A stretch of 64,000 bases of DNA from Hyphomicrobiales bacterium (GCA_021775875.1 JAJFHA010000011.1:10178-74177), one strand, 5' to 3'. Positions 17,308-25,983 are shown, numbered from the stretch's first letter. Notes: a model not told the origin generated them from the sequence alone. Program-made: numbers and translations.

Positions 17308-17311
17308 CCGA

Positions 17312-17452
17312 TTATGTCACAGGCAATAAATCGACCCCAACGGGAAGGCCCTGACTGGTCATCAACAACCAGTCAAGCGCATAGAAATAAGCAGCCCAGA
17401 GGATGAGGAAACCAAAAAAAAGGAAGGCCGACTGTTTTAAATCGATTTCCAA
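17312..17452 (-). CDS. Unlisted 46-aa single-TM ORF immediately upstream of the CydA-like gene
   Basis: I translated it by hand: (TTG)MEIDLKQSAFLFFGFLILWAAYFYALDWLLMTSQGLPVGVDLLPVT*. AAGGGGAGGG lies 7 nt upstream of the TTG. The stop is 4 nt from the ATG at 17307. It is below the 60-aa cutoff of the ORF track. Confidence 0.35.
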   Translation of the reverse strand: MEIDLKQSAFLFFGFLILWAAYFYALDWLLMTSQGLPVGVDLLPVT

Positions 17453-17467
17453 AATCCAGCCCTCCCC

Positions 17468-17587
17468 TTAATGCACCGTGACGATGCCGTGGTCATAAAT
17501 CAGCAGCCACCAAAAAAAGAGAATTGTAGCAAGCATCGTCATTCCAAAAATGATCGGGCCGATCACATGACCCACCAACCGTTTCAT
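17468..17587 (-). CDS. Small (39-aa) single-TM protein, first ORF of the bd-like operon
   Basis: The sequence is MKRLVGHVIGPIIFGMTMLATILFFWWLLIYDHGIVTVH. The 74-aa version of the ORF would start inside the FNR box and is therefore unlikely. The RBS is weak. Confidence 0.4.
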   Translation of the reverse strand: MKRLVGHVIGPIIFGMTMLATILFFWWLLIYDHGIVTVH

Positions 17588-17691
17588 GATCGACTGACTC
17601 TCGCGCATTAAACTGGTCTGGCTTGTGCTCGGACCAAACCTTCCCTCTGATGGCAAAATACTATTATCGTTCGATTGACGGTGCAGATTCA

Positions 17692-17705
17692 TTGATTTGA
17701 ATCAA
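17692..17705. promoter_or_regulatory. Perfect FNR/CRP-family (Fnr/Anr/Dnr/FixK-type) box TTGAT-TTGA-ATCAA upstream of the bd-like operon
   Basis: I read an exact match to the TTGAT-N4-ATCAA consensus directly at 17692-17705. It sits about 105-110 nt upstream of the likely first start codon of the minus-strand operon, in an AT-rich divergent intergenic region. Confidence 0.6.
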
Positions 17706-18116
17706 TTTTGGGGCGCCAATTCACGCATCAGAAATCGGGAAAGCTGATAAAACCCAATTAAATGATTGAATAATCCGGGAGCTACCCGTTAGTTGTTTTC
17801 AAGTGTTTTCAGAGGGCTACAGATGATATCTATAAAATGACCATCAATCTGTTCTGACTGAATAATTTTGCGGCCTGAATATTTCACTCATTGCAATATG
17901 TGCTGCATCTGCCATTTATCGAAATGACAACTTTCTTTGACAAACGGTTGTTTGCAAAAATATTGGGAAATTTCGCAGAATAAGTATTGCGGTAACGAAA
18001 CAATATTCTCGTGCTTTTCGTTTCAACACGTTACTGCTATCGTGATCAAAAGCGCAGCTAAAGCGCGACAATAATAATGACGACAAGAGGCCGTAGGGCC
18101 CAGTGAGGAAGAAAAC

Positions 18117-19271
18117 GTGGCCGGTCGCCAGGATACTGATAAGCAAGACGGGGACGCCTCCGGTCAAAATTCTCCTCCGGATTTAGCCGGGCAACAATCT
18201 GCCGCGTCTCCTCAACGGTCTGGCGGTGTCTATGCCGCGTTGGATCTGGGCACCAACAATTGCCGCTTGCTGGTGGCGCGTCCGGCGAAGCGCGGCTTTC
18301 GGGTCATTGATGCTTTTTCACGGATCATCCGATTGGGCGAGGGGGTCAGCCTATCAGGTGCCATAAACAAAGATGCCATGGATCGCACAATCGAAGCCCT
18401 CAAGGTGTGCCGTGACAAAATGAATTTCCGGCGTGTGGGGCGGGCTCGGACAATCGCGACACAAGCCTGCCGGTCAGCGTGTAACGGTGAAGAATTTTTG
18501 TCCCGGGTACGCGAAGAGACCGGGCTTGATCTGGAAATTGTTGATCAGGAAACCGAAGCGCGCCTTGCCGTTTCCGGTTGCGCCAATCTCATTGATCCGG
18601 CGGCCGACGGCGTGCTCGTTTTTGATATTGGCGGTGGGTCTTCAGAAATTGCATGGGTGGAATTGTCCGGTCAAAATCGGTGTTGTCCGATCCGGGTGCA
18701 ACGAAATATTCAGGCATGGACCTCACTGCCGATCGGCGTTGTGACGCTTGCTGAAAAATTTGGTGGGTTCGATGTCAACCGCGATGTGTTTGAGGAAATG
18801 GTGACTTATGTCACCGAGATGTTGCAGAAATTTGAAACTGAAAATGGCATCCGTAATTTGCTCAAGGGCAAACGGGCCCACCTGCTTGGAACCTCTGGCA
18901 CGGTGACAACGATTGCTGGAATTTTCCTGAAACTGCCGCGCTATGAACGTTCCCGTGTCGATGGCTGCTGGCTCACCGGCGAGCAGGTTTCCGAGGTGAA
19001 TGACCGGTTGCTCGATATGGATTTTGACGCCCGGGCCGCAAACCCCTGCATTGGCAAGGAACGCGCCGATCTGGTGCTGGCGGGATGTGCTATTCTGGAA
19101 GCTATCCGGCGGATGTGGCCGTGTCAGAAATTGCGTGTTGCGGATCGCGGTTTACGAGAAGGTATTTTGTCGACCCTGATGGCTGAAGACGGCGTCTATG
19201 TGCCGGGCGAGACAAGACGGCGGCGTCGGCGCGGACGCTATCCCTATATGACGCGATCACGCGGGCACTGA
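18117..19271 (+). CDS. Ppx/GppA family phosphatase (exopolyphosphatase-like)
   Basis: YAALDLGTNNCRLLVAR, FDIGGGSSE and LLGTSGTVTT are the ASKHA/Ppx-GppA motifs. Confidence 0.85.
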   Translation: MAGRQDTDKQDGDASGQNSPPDLAGQQSAASPQRSGGVYAALDLGTNNCRLLVARPAKRGFRVIDAFSRIIRLGEGVSLSGAINKDAMDRTIEALKVCRDKMNFRRVGRARTIATQACRSACNGEEFLSRVREETGLDLEIVDQETEARLAVSGCANLIDPAADGVLVFDIGGGSSEIAWVELSGQNRCCPIRVQRNIQAWTSLPIGVVTLAEKFGGFDVNRDVFEEMVTYVTEMLQKFETENGIRNLLKGKRAHLLGTSGTVTTIAGIFLKLPRYERSRVDGCWLTGEQVSEVNDRLLDMDFDARAANPCIGKERADLVLAGCAILEAIRRMWPCQKLRVADRGLREGILSTLMAEDGVYVPGETRRRRRRGRYPYMTRSRGH

Positions 19272-19273
19272 TC

Positions 19274-19984
19274 ATGGCAGGCAAAGGCCCAGGCACAGCA
19301 CGCGATCTTAAAAAGCGCGTGAAAACAGCGCGTGGACGTACCACGGCGTCGTCACGCTGGCTGGAGCGTCAACTGAATGACCCCTTTGTTGCAGATGCCA
19401 AACGCAAGGGATATCGCTCCCGCGCGGCTTTTAAGCTGATCGGGATCGAAGAACGTTATCCGTTTCTAAAGCCCGGCCAGCGGGTGATTGATTTGGGCGC
19501 CGCTCCCGGCGGATGGTCGCAGATCGTTGCGGACCGGATTGGCGTCGAACACCAAAACCCGGATAAGAGAGGGCGGTTGGTGGCAATTGATCTATTGGAG
19601 ATGGATCCAATTCCAGGTGCTACAATCATCAAGGGCGATTTTCTGGATGATGATGCGCCAGATCAACTGACCGCGGAATTGGGCGGCAAGGCTGATATCG
19701 TGCTTTCGGATATGGCGGCCAATACCACCGGCCATCGAGCTACGGATCATATCCGTATCATCGCGCTTTGCGAAGTTGCGCTCGATTTCGCGTCGCAAAT
19801 TCTGGCACCTGACGGTGTATTCCTTGCCAAGGTTTTCCAGGGCGGAACGGAGGCTGATCTTCTGGCCCGTATGAAGCGCGAATTCAAAACGGTTCGTCAC
19901 GTCAAGCCACCGGCCAGCCGTTCGGATTCAGCGGAGATGTATGTGTTGGCAACAGGGTTTCGCGGTGCGTCGGATACCGAATAA
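19274..19984 (+). CDS. rlmE: 23S rRNA (uridine-2'-O)-methyltransferase RlmE (FtsJ)
   Basis: SSRWLERQLNDPFV...GYRSRAAFKL...VIDLGAAPGGWSQ...VLSDMAANTTGH are typical RlmE blocks. Confidence 0.9.
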   Translation: MAGKGPGTARDLKKRVKTARGRTTASSRWLERQLNDPFVADAKRKGYRSRAAFKLIGIEERYPFLKPGQRVIDLGAAPGGWSQIVADRIGVEHQNPDKRGRLVAIDLLEMDPIPGATIIKGDFLDDDAPDQLTAELGGKADIVLSDMAANTTGHRATDHIRIIALCEVALDFASQILAPDGVFLAKVFQGGTEADLLARMKREFKTVRHVKPPASRSDSAEMYVLATGFRGASDTE

Positions 19985-20018
19985 CTAACCGGTATGCAAG
20001 CGAGCGATGATCTCGCTG

Positions 20019-20132
20019 CTACTCTTCGCGCGGTGATTCCCGCCATACCTGATAGGCCAGTACGACACCGAATACCACATACAGCCCGACTGATAGAAAA
20101 AGAAAAGTAAGTTCACCCGCTGAATAATCCAT
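20019..20132 (-). CDS. Possible 37-aa single-TM protein
   Basis: The sequence is MDYSAGELTFLFLSVGLYVVFGVVLAYQVWRESPREE, with GAGGGTGATT directly before the ATG. The longer 79-aa ORF version has an implausible AT-rich N-terminus. Confidence 0.3.
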   Translation of the reverse strand: MDYSAGELTFLFLSVGLYVVFGVVLAYQVWRESPREE

Positions 20133-20556
20133 AATCACCCTCTGCGTTTTTTGTTTTCTAAAAGAATCCCTTTGCGGGTTATTTTGGCTGAGTAAAAACC
20201 AGACGCATTGACTTGGATCAAAACAATTAAAACATTGAAATATTTCAATTAGATACAACTTTTACTTAATGTAAAAAAAATCGACAACCGGATTTAAACC
20301 ACGTGAATTACTGTAATAAACGGATGATTTTTAAATCCGTTTTTTGATGGATGCAGAATTGGCTCCCGTCGAAAAAGCCGGGCGCGAACTGAAATTTTGC
20401 GAAGTTTCTCACCACTTGGCTTTGCAATCTGCAGACACGGTGATAATGACATGTGCCAATCAGATTCCCCGCTGGTACAGGTGTTTTGAACCGGCATTAC
20501 ATTACAAATAATACGGATATCCGAGAGCCGGGTATTCGGTTTTATGGAGGTTGGCA

Positions 20557-22038
20557 ATGGCTGATGCAGACGCAGCAGGCAGGTTCCCTTATACCCTTAC
20601 ATTTGATGACGTATTATTGCGCCCGGGCCGATCCGAGATTTTGCCGTCAGAAGCAGATCTCGCAACCCGGATAACCCGTTCCATTTCCATGTCGATCCCG
20701 ATCCTGTCGGCGGCGATGGATACGGTTACCGAGTCTCGGTTGGCGATTGCTCTGGCGCAGGCTGGTGGCATTGGCGTCATTCACCGCAACCTGACGCCTG
20801 AAAAGCAGGCGCAGGAAATCGTGCAGGTGAAAAAATTTGAATCCGGCATGGTCGTGAACCCGTTGACGCTCGCCCCGTCTGCAACCCTGAAAGACGCACT
20901 TGATCTCATGGACAAGCACGGATTTTCCGGTTTTCCCGTGGTTGAAGAGAGCGGCAAGCTGGTCGGGATGCTGACCAACCGCGATGTTAGGTTTGCGTCC
21001 AACCCGGATCAACCGGTATCTGAATTGATGACCCGTGAAAATCTGATCACGGTCAATGAAGGTGTTGAACGGGCAGAGGCCAAGCGGCTTTTGCATCAAC
21101 ACAGAATTGAAAAATTAATCGTCGTTGATAGCGATTACCTATGTATCGGTCTGATCACGGTTCGTGATATCGAACGGGCGCAATTGTACCCCAATGCCTG
21201 CAAGGATGATCAGGGCCGTCTCCGCGCTGCAGCTGCCACGTCTGTTGGTGATGATGGCTTTGCCCGTACCGAACAATTGATCGATGCCGGCGTTGATCTG
21301 GTGGTGGTCGATACTGCTCATGGTCATTCGGTCCGAGTTTTAGAAGCGGTGAAACGGATCAAGCGGCTTTCGAATTCTACGCAGGTGATTGCGGGAAATG
21401 TCGCGACGGTTGAAGGTGCGAAATCCTTGATCGATGCTGGTGCAGACGGCATCAAGGTTGGCATCGGACCGGGCTCGATTTGTACAACCCGCATTGTCGC
21501 AGGCGTAGGTGTTCCACAATTAACTGCAATCATCGACGTGGTTTCGGTGGCGCACGCGCAGGATATCCCGGTGATTGCCGATGGTGGCATCAAATTTTCA
21601 GGTGACATGGCCAAGGCGATAGCGGCGGGTGCCGATTGCGTCATGATAGGATCGTTATTAGCTGGGACCGAAGAAAGTCCCGGCGAGACATATCTCTATC
21701 AGGGCCGCAGCTATAAGAGCTACCGGGGCATGGGGTCAGTTGGTGCCATGGCGCGTGGTTCGGCGGATCGATATTTCCAGCAGGATATCAAAGACACGAT
21801 GAAACTTGTGCCGGAAGGTATCGAGGGGCAAGTGCCGTTCAAAGGGCCAGCATCCGACATCGTCCACCAATTACTCGGCGGCCTGAAAGCAGCGATGGGG
21901 TATACCGGCGCAGCCAACATTCCTGATTTTCAGGAGAGGGCCGAATTTATCCAGATTTCCGGCGCGTCGCTTCGCGAAAGCCATGTCCACGACGTGACTA
22001 TGACCCGCGAACCGCCAAATTATCAACGAGACAGGTGA
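20557..22038 (+). CDS. guaB: IMP dehydrogenase
   Basis: [11 protein letters not shown], tandem CBS domains and [11 protein letters not shown] are present. GGAGG lies 6 nt before the ATG at 20557. Confidence 0.97.
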   Translation: MADADAAGRFPYTLTFDDVLLRPGRSEILPSEADLATRITRSISMSIPILSAAMDTVTESRLAIALAQAGGIGVIHRNLTPEKQAQEIVQVKKFESGMVVNPLTLAPSATLKDALDLMDKHGFSGFPVVEESGKLVGMLTNRDVRFASNPDQPVSELMTRENLITVNEGVERAEAKRLLHQHRIEKLIVVDSDYLCIGLITVRDIERAQLYPNACKDDQGRLRAAAATSVGDDGFARTEQLIDAGVDLVVVDTAHGHSVRVLEAVKRIKRLSNSTQVIAGNVATVEGAKSLIDAGADGIKVGIGPGSICTTRIVAGVGVPQLTAIIDVVSVAHAQDIPVIADGGIKFSGDMAKAIAAGADCVMIGSLLAGTEESPGETYLYQGRSYKSYRGMGSVGAMARGSADRYFQQDIKDTMKLVPEGIEGQVPFKGPASDIVHQLLGGLKAAMGYTGAANIPDFQERAEFIQISGASLRESHVHDVTMTREPPNYQRDR

Positions 22039-22053
22039 TATGAAAGCAACGCA

Positions 22054-22482
22054 ATGACAATGACATCTCACGCAATTCTTTTACCTGTATTTGTTCAGGT
22101 TGCACTTACTTTTGGACTTGGATTCTGGACCGCAGGTCTGCGCTACCGCGCAACCGTAACCCGCGAAGTTCGAGTCAAGGATATAGCTCTCGGACAAACT
22201 GCTTGGCCGGACTATTCGACCAAAATCGGGAATTGTTTCCGAAACCAGTTCGAAGGCCCCATTCTTTTTTATGCGGTTATTACCTTGTTGCTGGCGACGG
22301 GAATGGTCGACATGGTGCAGATTGTGCTGGCCTGGATGTATATCGCGACCCGACTTGTCCATGCCTTTATCCATACTGGGTCTAATTTCGTACCGCGCCG
22401 CTTTCTGGCCTATATCGCTGGCATACTGACGCTACTAGCCATGTGGGTGTGGTTCGCGGTTCAAGTGATTGGTAGCCTTTAG
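22054..22482 (+). CDS. MAPEG-family small membrane protein
   Basis: It is 142 aa with 4 TM helices. FRNQFEGPILFYAV and ATRLVHAFIH resemble MAPEG blocks. Confidence 0.6.
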   Translation: MTMTSHAILLPVFVQVALTFGLGFWTAGLRYRATVTREVRVKDIALGQTAWPDYSTKIGNCFRNQFEGPILFYAVITLLLATGMVDMVQIVLAWMYIATRLVHAFIHTGSNFVPRRFLAYIAGILTLLAMWVWFAVQVIGSL

Positions 22483-23775
22483 ATGAAATCAGGAGCAAGA
22501 GCTGCCGCCGCAATCGAAATTCTCGAAGATATCGATGCGCGCAACCGTCCGGCCGGACAAGCTTTGCGCGATTGGGGCCAGAGTCACCGGTTTGCTGGCT
22601 CCGGTGATCGGGCAGCCATCGGCAATCTGGTCTATGATGCGATGCGTCAAAAATCATCCCTTGCCTGGCGGATGGGGGATGACAGCCCACGTGCCGCGGT
22701 AATTGGAACTCTGCACTGGATGTGGGGATTGAAGCAGGAAGATATTGCGCTTCAATTTGACGGATTGACCCACTCGCCCATGACTCTAACGGAAACCGAA
22801 ATTGACTCTCTCGCAAACGATAATTTGAATGCAGCTCCCGTTTGGGTGAAGGGCGATTATCCTGAATGGCTGCATGACTCAATGGTCAACCAGTTTGGCG
22901 ACCAGGCTAGCGCCGAAGGTGCGGCGCAGGCGACCCGCGCCCCGGTGGATATGCGGGTTAATCTTCTGAAGGCTGACCGGGCAAAAGTTTTGAAGGCGCT
23001 GGAGCGATTTCACGCGGAAGAATGCGTAATTTCGCCGGATGGTGTGCGCATAAATGTGTCCAATGCTGCGGGCCGCGCACCCGCAATATCCGCTGAATCC
23101 AGCTATAATAAAGGCTGGTACGAGTTGCAGGATGAAGGTTCGCAAACCGCTGTGCTTCTTGCTGGTGCAGCACCCGGCATGCAGGTCGCCGATATCTGCG
23201 CCGGTGCGGGTGGTAAAACCCTCGCATTAGCCTCTCTCATGAAGAATAGAGGTCAGGTCCATGCCCATGACGTGGACCGCCACCGGCTCAAGAAAATCCA
23301 CGACCGGTTACGCCGAGCCGGGACCCGCAATATCCAGGTGATCGATCCGGGTGAGGGGGCGCTGGAGCATCTCAGTGACCGGATGGATATTGTGCTGGTA
23401 GATGCCCCATGCACGGGGTCGGGGACCTGGCGGCGACACCCGGATGCCAAATGGCGCTTGCGGGAAGGGGCCATGCCGGTGCGTATTTCCGAGCAGATTG
23501 AAGCTCTGGATATGGCCGTATCTCTAGTCAAATTGGGCGGCAAAATTGTCTACGTGACCTGTTCGATTTTTGACGAAGAAAATAGCCAGCAGGTCAAATC
23601 CTTTCTGGAACGGCACACAAATTTTGCGCCCGGAAAACTCGACGCCGCCAGCGTGGCAAAGATTGCAGAAAGACGCGGCGTTGAAGCTTCAACAATTGAA
23701 TCAGAAATTCAACTGACCCCGCTAACCGATTCAACTGACGGTTTTTTTGTTGCCTGCATGACGCGGGTTTCATGA
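22483..23775 (+). CDS. RsmB/NOP-family RNA m5C methyltransferase
   Basis: DICAGAGGKT and VLVDAPCTGSGTWRRHPDAKW are the SAM and catalytic Cys motifs. Confidence 0.8.
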   Translation: MKSGARAAAAIEILEDIDARNRPAGQALRDWGQSHRFAGSGDRAAIGNLVYDAMRQKSSLAWRMGDDSPRAAVIGTLHWMWGLKQEDIALQFDGLTHSPMTLTETEIDSLANDNLNAAPVWVKGDYPEWLHDSMVNQFGDQASAEGAAQATRAPVDMRVNLLKADRAKVLKALERFHAEECVISPDGVRINVSNAAGRAPAISAESSYNKGWYELQDEGSQTAVLLAGAAPGMQVADICAGAGGKTLALASLMKNRGQVHAHDVDRHRLKKIHDRLRRAGTRNIQVIDPGEGALEHLSDRMDIVLVDAPCTGSGTWRRHPDAKWRLREGAMPVRISEQIEALDMAVSLVKLGGKIVYVTCSIFDEENSQQVKSFLERHTNFAPGKLDAASVAKIAERRGVEASTIESEIQLTPLTDSTDGFFVACMTRVS

Positions 23776-23793
23776 CCCTGATGGTACAGAGAT

Positions 23794-25341
23794 ATGAACG
23801 ATAGAATTCTCATTATTGATTTTGGATCGCAGGTCACCCAGCTGATCGCACGACGTATTCGCGAAGCCGGTGTCTATTGCGAAATCGTCCCGTTCAACAA
23901 CGCTGAAAACGCGGTAGCTGACTTTGCTCCGGCCGGCATTATTCTCTCGGGCGGACCGGCCAGCGTCCATGAAGCCGATACCCCGCGTGCCCCTCAAGCG
24001 GTGTTTGAAGCAGGCATTCCGGTGCTTGGCATCTGTTACGGACAGATGGCCATGGTCGAACAATTGGGGGGATCAATCGAAGCAGGCTCTGAACGTGAAT
24101 TCGGCCGCGCGTCTCTGGAAGTAATTGGCGACAGCCCGCTCATAGATGGCGTCTGGGAAAAGGGCGCGACACCCACCGTTTGGATGAGCCATGGCGACCG
24201 TGTGGTTGCGATGCCAGATGGGTTTGAAAAAGTCGGCGTTTCGGAGAACGCGCCATTTGCCCTGATCGCAGATCATGAGCGAAAATATTACGGCCTGATG
24301 TTTCACCCGGAAGTGGTCCACACCCCCGAAGGCGCAAAAATCCTCGCCAATTTCGCCCATAAAATTGCCGGGTGTGGTGGCGACTGGACAATGGCGCATT
24401 TCAAGACCGAAGCAATTGCCGCGATCCGCAAGCAGGTTGGCGACAAAAAGGTGATTTGCGGCTTGTCCGGCGGCGTCGATTCCAGTGTCGCCGCTACCCT
24501 CATCCATGAAGCAATTGGCGACCAACTCACCTGCATTCTGGTCGATCACGGCCTGATGCGACTGAATGAGACAGAACAAGTCGTGGACATGTTCCGCGAG
24601 CATTATCATATCCCGCTTATTGCGGTTGACGCTAGCGTCAGGTTCCTGGACGCGCTCAAAGGTGTCAGCGATCCGGAGAAAAAACGCAAGATTATCGGTG
24701 GGTTGTTCATCGATATATTCGAAGAAGAAGCGCAGAAAATCGGCGGCGCTGAATTTCTGGCGCAAGGCACACTGTATCCGGATGTGATCGAATCTGTCTC
24801 TTTCACCGGCGGACCATCGGTGACAATCAAATCTCACCATAATGTGGGTGGATTGCCCGAGCGGATGAACCTGAAACTGGTGGAACCGCTACGCGAACTC
24901 TTCAAGGACGAAGTCCGTGATCTGGGTCGTGAACTGGGTTTGCCGGATCATTTCGTTGGCCGCCACCCATTCCCCGGACCGGGCCTAGCGATCCGCATCC
25001 CCGGCGATATTACCAAAGAGAAGCTCGATGTACTGCGCAAAGCAGACGCGGTCTATCTGGACGAAATCCGCAATGCCGGTCTGTATGATACAATCTGGCA
25101 GGCCTTCGCCGTGCTGCTCCCGGTCCAGACCGTCGGCGTAATGGGCGACGCCCGGACCTACGACCATGTCTGCGCTCTAAGAGCCGTCACCTCAACCGAC
25201 GGCATGACCGCAGATTTCTACCCCTACGACATGGAATTCCTCGCTCGCGCCGCCACCCGCATCATCAACGAGGTAAAAGGCATCAACCGCGTCGTTTATG
25301 ACGTAACCTCGAAGCCTCCCGGCACGATTGAGTGGGAGTAA
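23794..25341 (+). CDS. guaA: GMP synthase (glutamine-hydrolysing)
   Basis: It has a GATase domain (GICYGQM), the ATP-PPase motif SGGVDSSV and the C-terminal PPGTIEWE. Confidence 0.97.
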   Translation: MNDRILIIDFGSQVTQLIARRIREAGVYCEIVPFNNAENAVADFAPAGIILSGGPASVHEADTPRAPQAVFEAGIPVLGICYGQMAMVEQLGGSIEAGSEREFGRASLEVIGDSPLIDGVWEKGATPTVWMSHGDRVVAMPDGFEKVGVSENAPFALIADHERKYYGLMFHPEVVHTPEGAKILANFAHKIAGCGGDWTMAHFKTEAIAAIRKQVGDKKVICGLSGGVDSSVAATLIHEAIGDQLTCILVDHGLMRLNETEQVVDMFREHYHIPLIAVDASVRFLDALKGVSDPEKKRKIIGGLFIDIFEEEAQKIGGAEFLAQGTLYPDVIESVSFTGGPSVTIKSHHNVGGLPERMNLKLVEPLRELFKDEVRDLGRELGLPDHFVGRHPFPGPGLAIRIPGDITKEKLDVLRKADAVYLDEIRNAGLYDTIWQAFAVLLPVQTVGVMGDARTYDHVCALRAVTSTDGMTADFYPYDMEFLARAATRIINEVKGINRVVYDVTSKPPGTIEWE

Positions 25342-25372
25342 TGGCTGGCGCAGTCGGCTGATATCAATCCTC

Positions 25373-25521
25373 CAACCGTCATTCCGGCGAAAGCCGGAAT
25401 CCAGTCGGAAAGTGCTACACGTGAAATCGCAAAAAGCTGGATTCCGGATCGCGCAGCGGGCCAACCTCTGAACATATCAAAAGGCATGGGGCCGCCGCTT
25501 GTCCGGAATGACGAGGGTTGG
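25373..25521. repeat. Nested inverted-repeat element in the convergent guaA / L,D-transpeptidase intergenic region
   Basis: The outer arms are CCAACCGTCATTCCGG (25373-25388) and CCGGAATGACGAGGGTTGG (25503-25521). The tight hairpin is ATTCCGGC-GAAA-GCCGGAAT (25381-25400). The inner arms are CCGGAATCCAG and CTGGATTCCGG (about 25394 and 25437). Confidence 0.5.
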
Positions 25522-25545
25522 CCGCAACCATCCCTAGATTTGCTC

Positions 25546-25983
25546 CTAATTCTCGATCTGTATTCGCGTCGAGCCTGCCCCATGCTGGCGCACGAGATCG
25601 TAGAAGGCGTGCGCGTTGTTCGGGTGCAGGCGAATACAACCATGCGACGCAACCTGACCTAATCTTGAAATCTGGTCAGTACCGTGGATCGCATAGCCGC
25701 GATGATAAAAAACCGAATAGGGCATCGGGGCATTATCGTAGCGTTGGGAATACCACATGCGATGCATGCGATAGGGGCTGTAATTGCCGGTTGGCGTGCG
25801 GTAGCGCCCACGCCCCGAAGATATTTGCCACGTATGCCGGATGCGTCCATTCACATAGACGCGCATACGTTGCTCCGAGAGATCAATCTTGACAACAACA
25901 CCCGCGGATGCCGACTTGGATGTTGCCATGTCACCGAGTGAAATCCCGACCAAAAGCAAAAACACAAAAACAAAACGGGCCAT
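25546..25983 (-). CDS. L,D-transpeptidase (YkuD domain)
   Basis: It has the signal peptide MARFVFVFLLLVGISLG and the catalytic block HGTDQISRLGQVASHGCIRL. Confidence 0.85.
   Translation of the reverse strand: MARFVFVFLLLVGISLGDMATSKSASAGVVVKIDLSEQRMRVYVNGRIRHTWQISSGRGRYRTPTGNYSPYRMHRMWYSQRYDNAPMPYSVFYHRGYAIHGTDQISRLGQVASHGCIRLHPNNAHAFYDLVRQHGAGSTRIQIEN

Noticed and set aside
1-17705. The island could be interpreted as a mobile genomic island.
   Set aside because: No integrase, transposase, flanking tRNA or direct repeats are visible in the window. I cannot compute composition statistics here. The left boundary lies outside the window, so mobility is left open rather than claimed.
17916-18167. 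An 83-aa minus-strand ORF lies in the AT-rich intergenic region upstream of ppx.
   Set aside because: It has odd composition, overlaps the ppx start, and has no RBS. The region is better explained as divergent promoter DNA.
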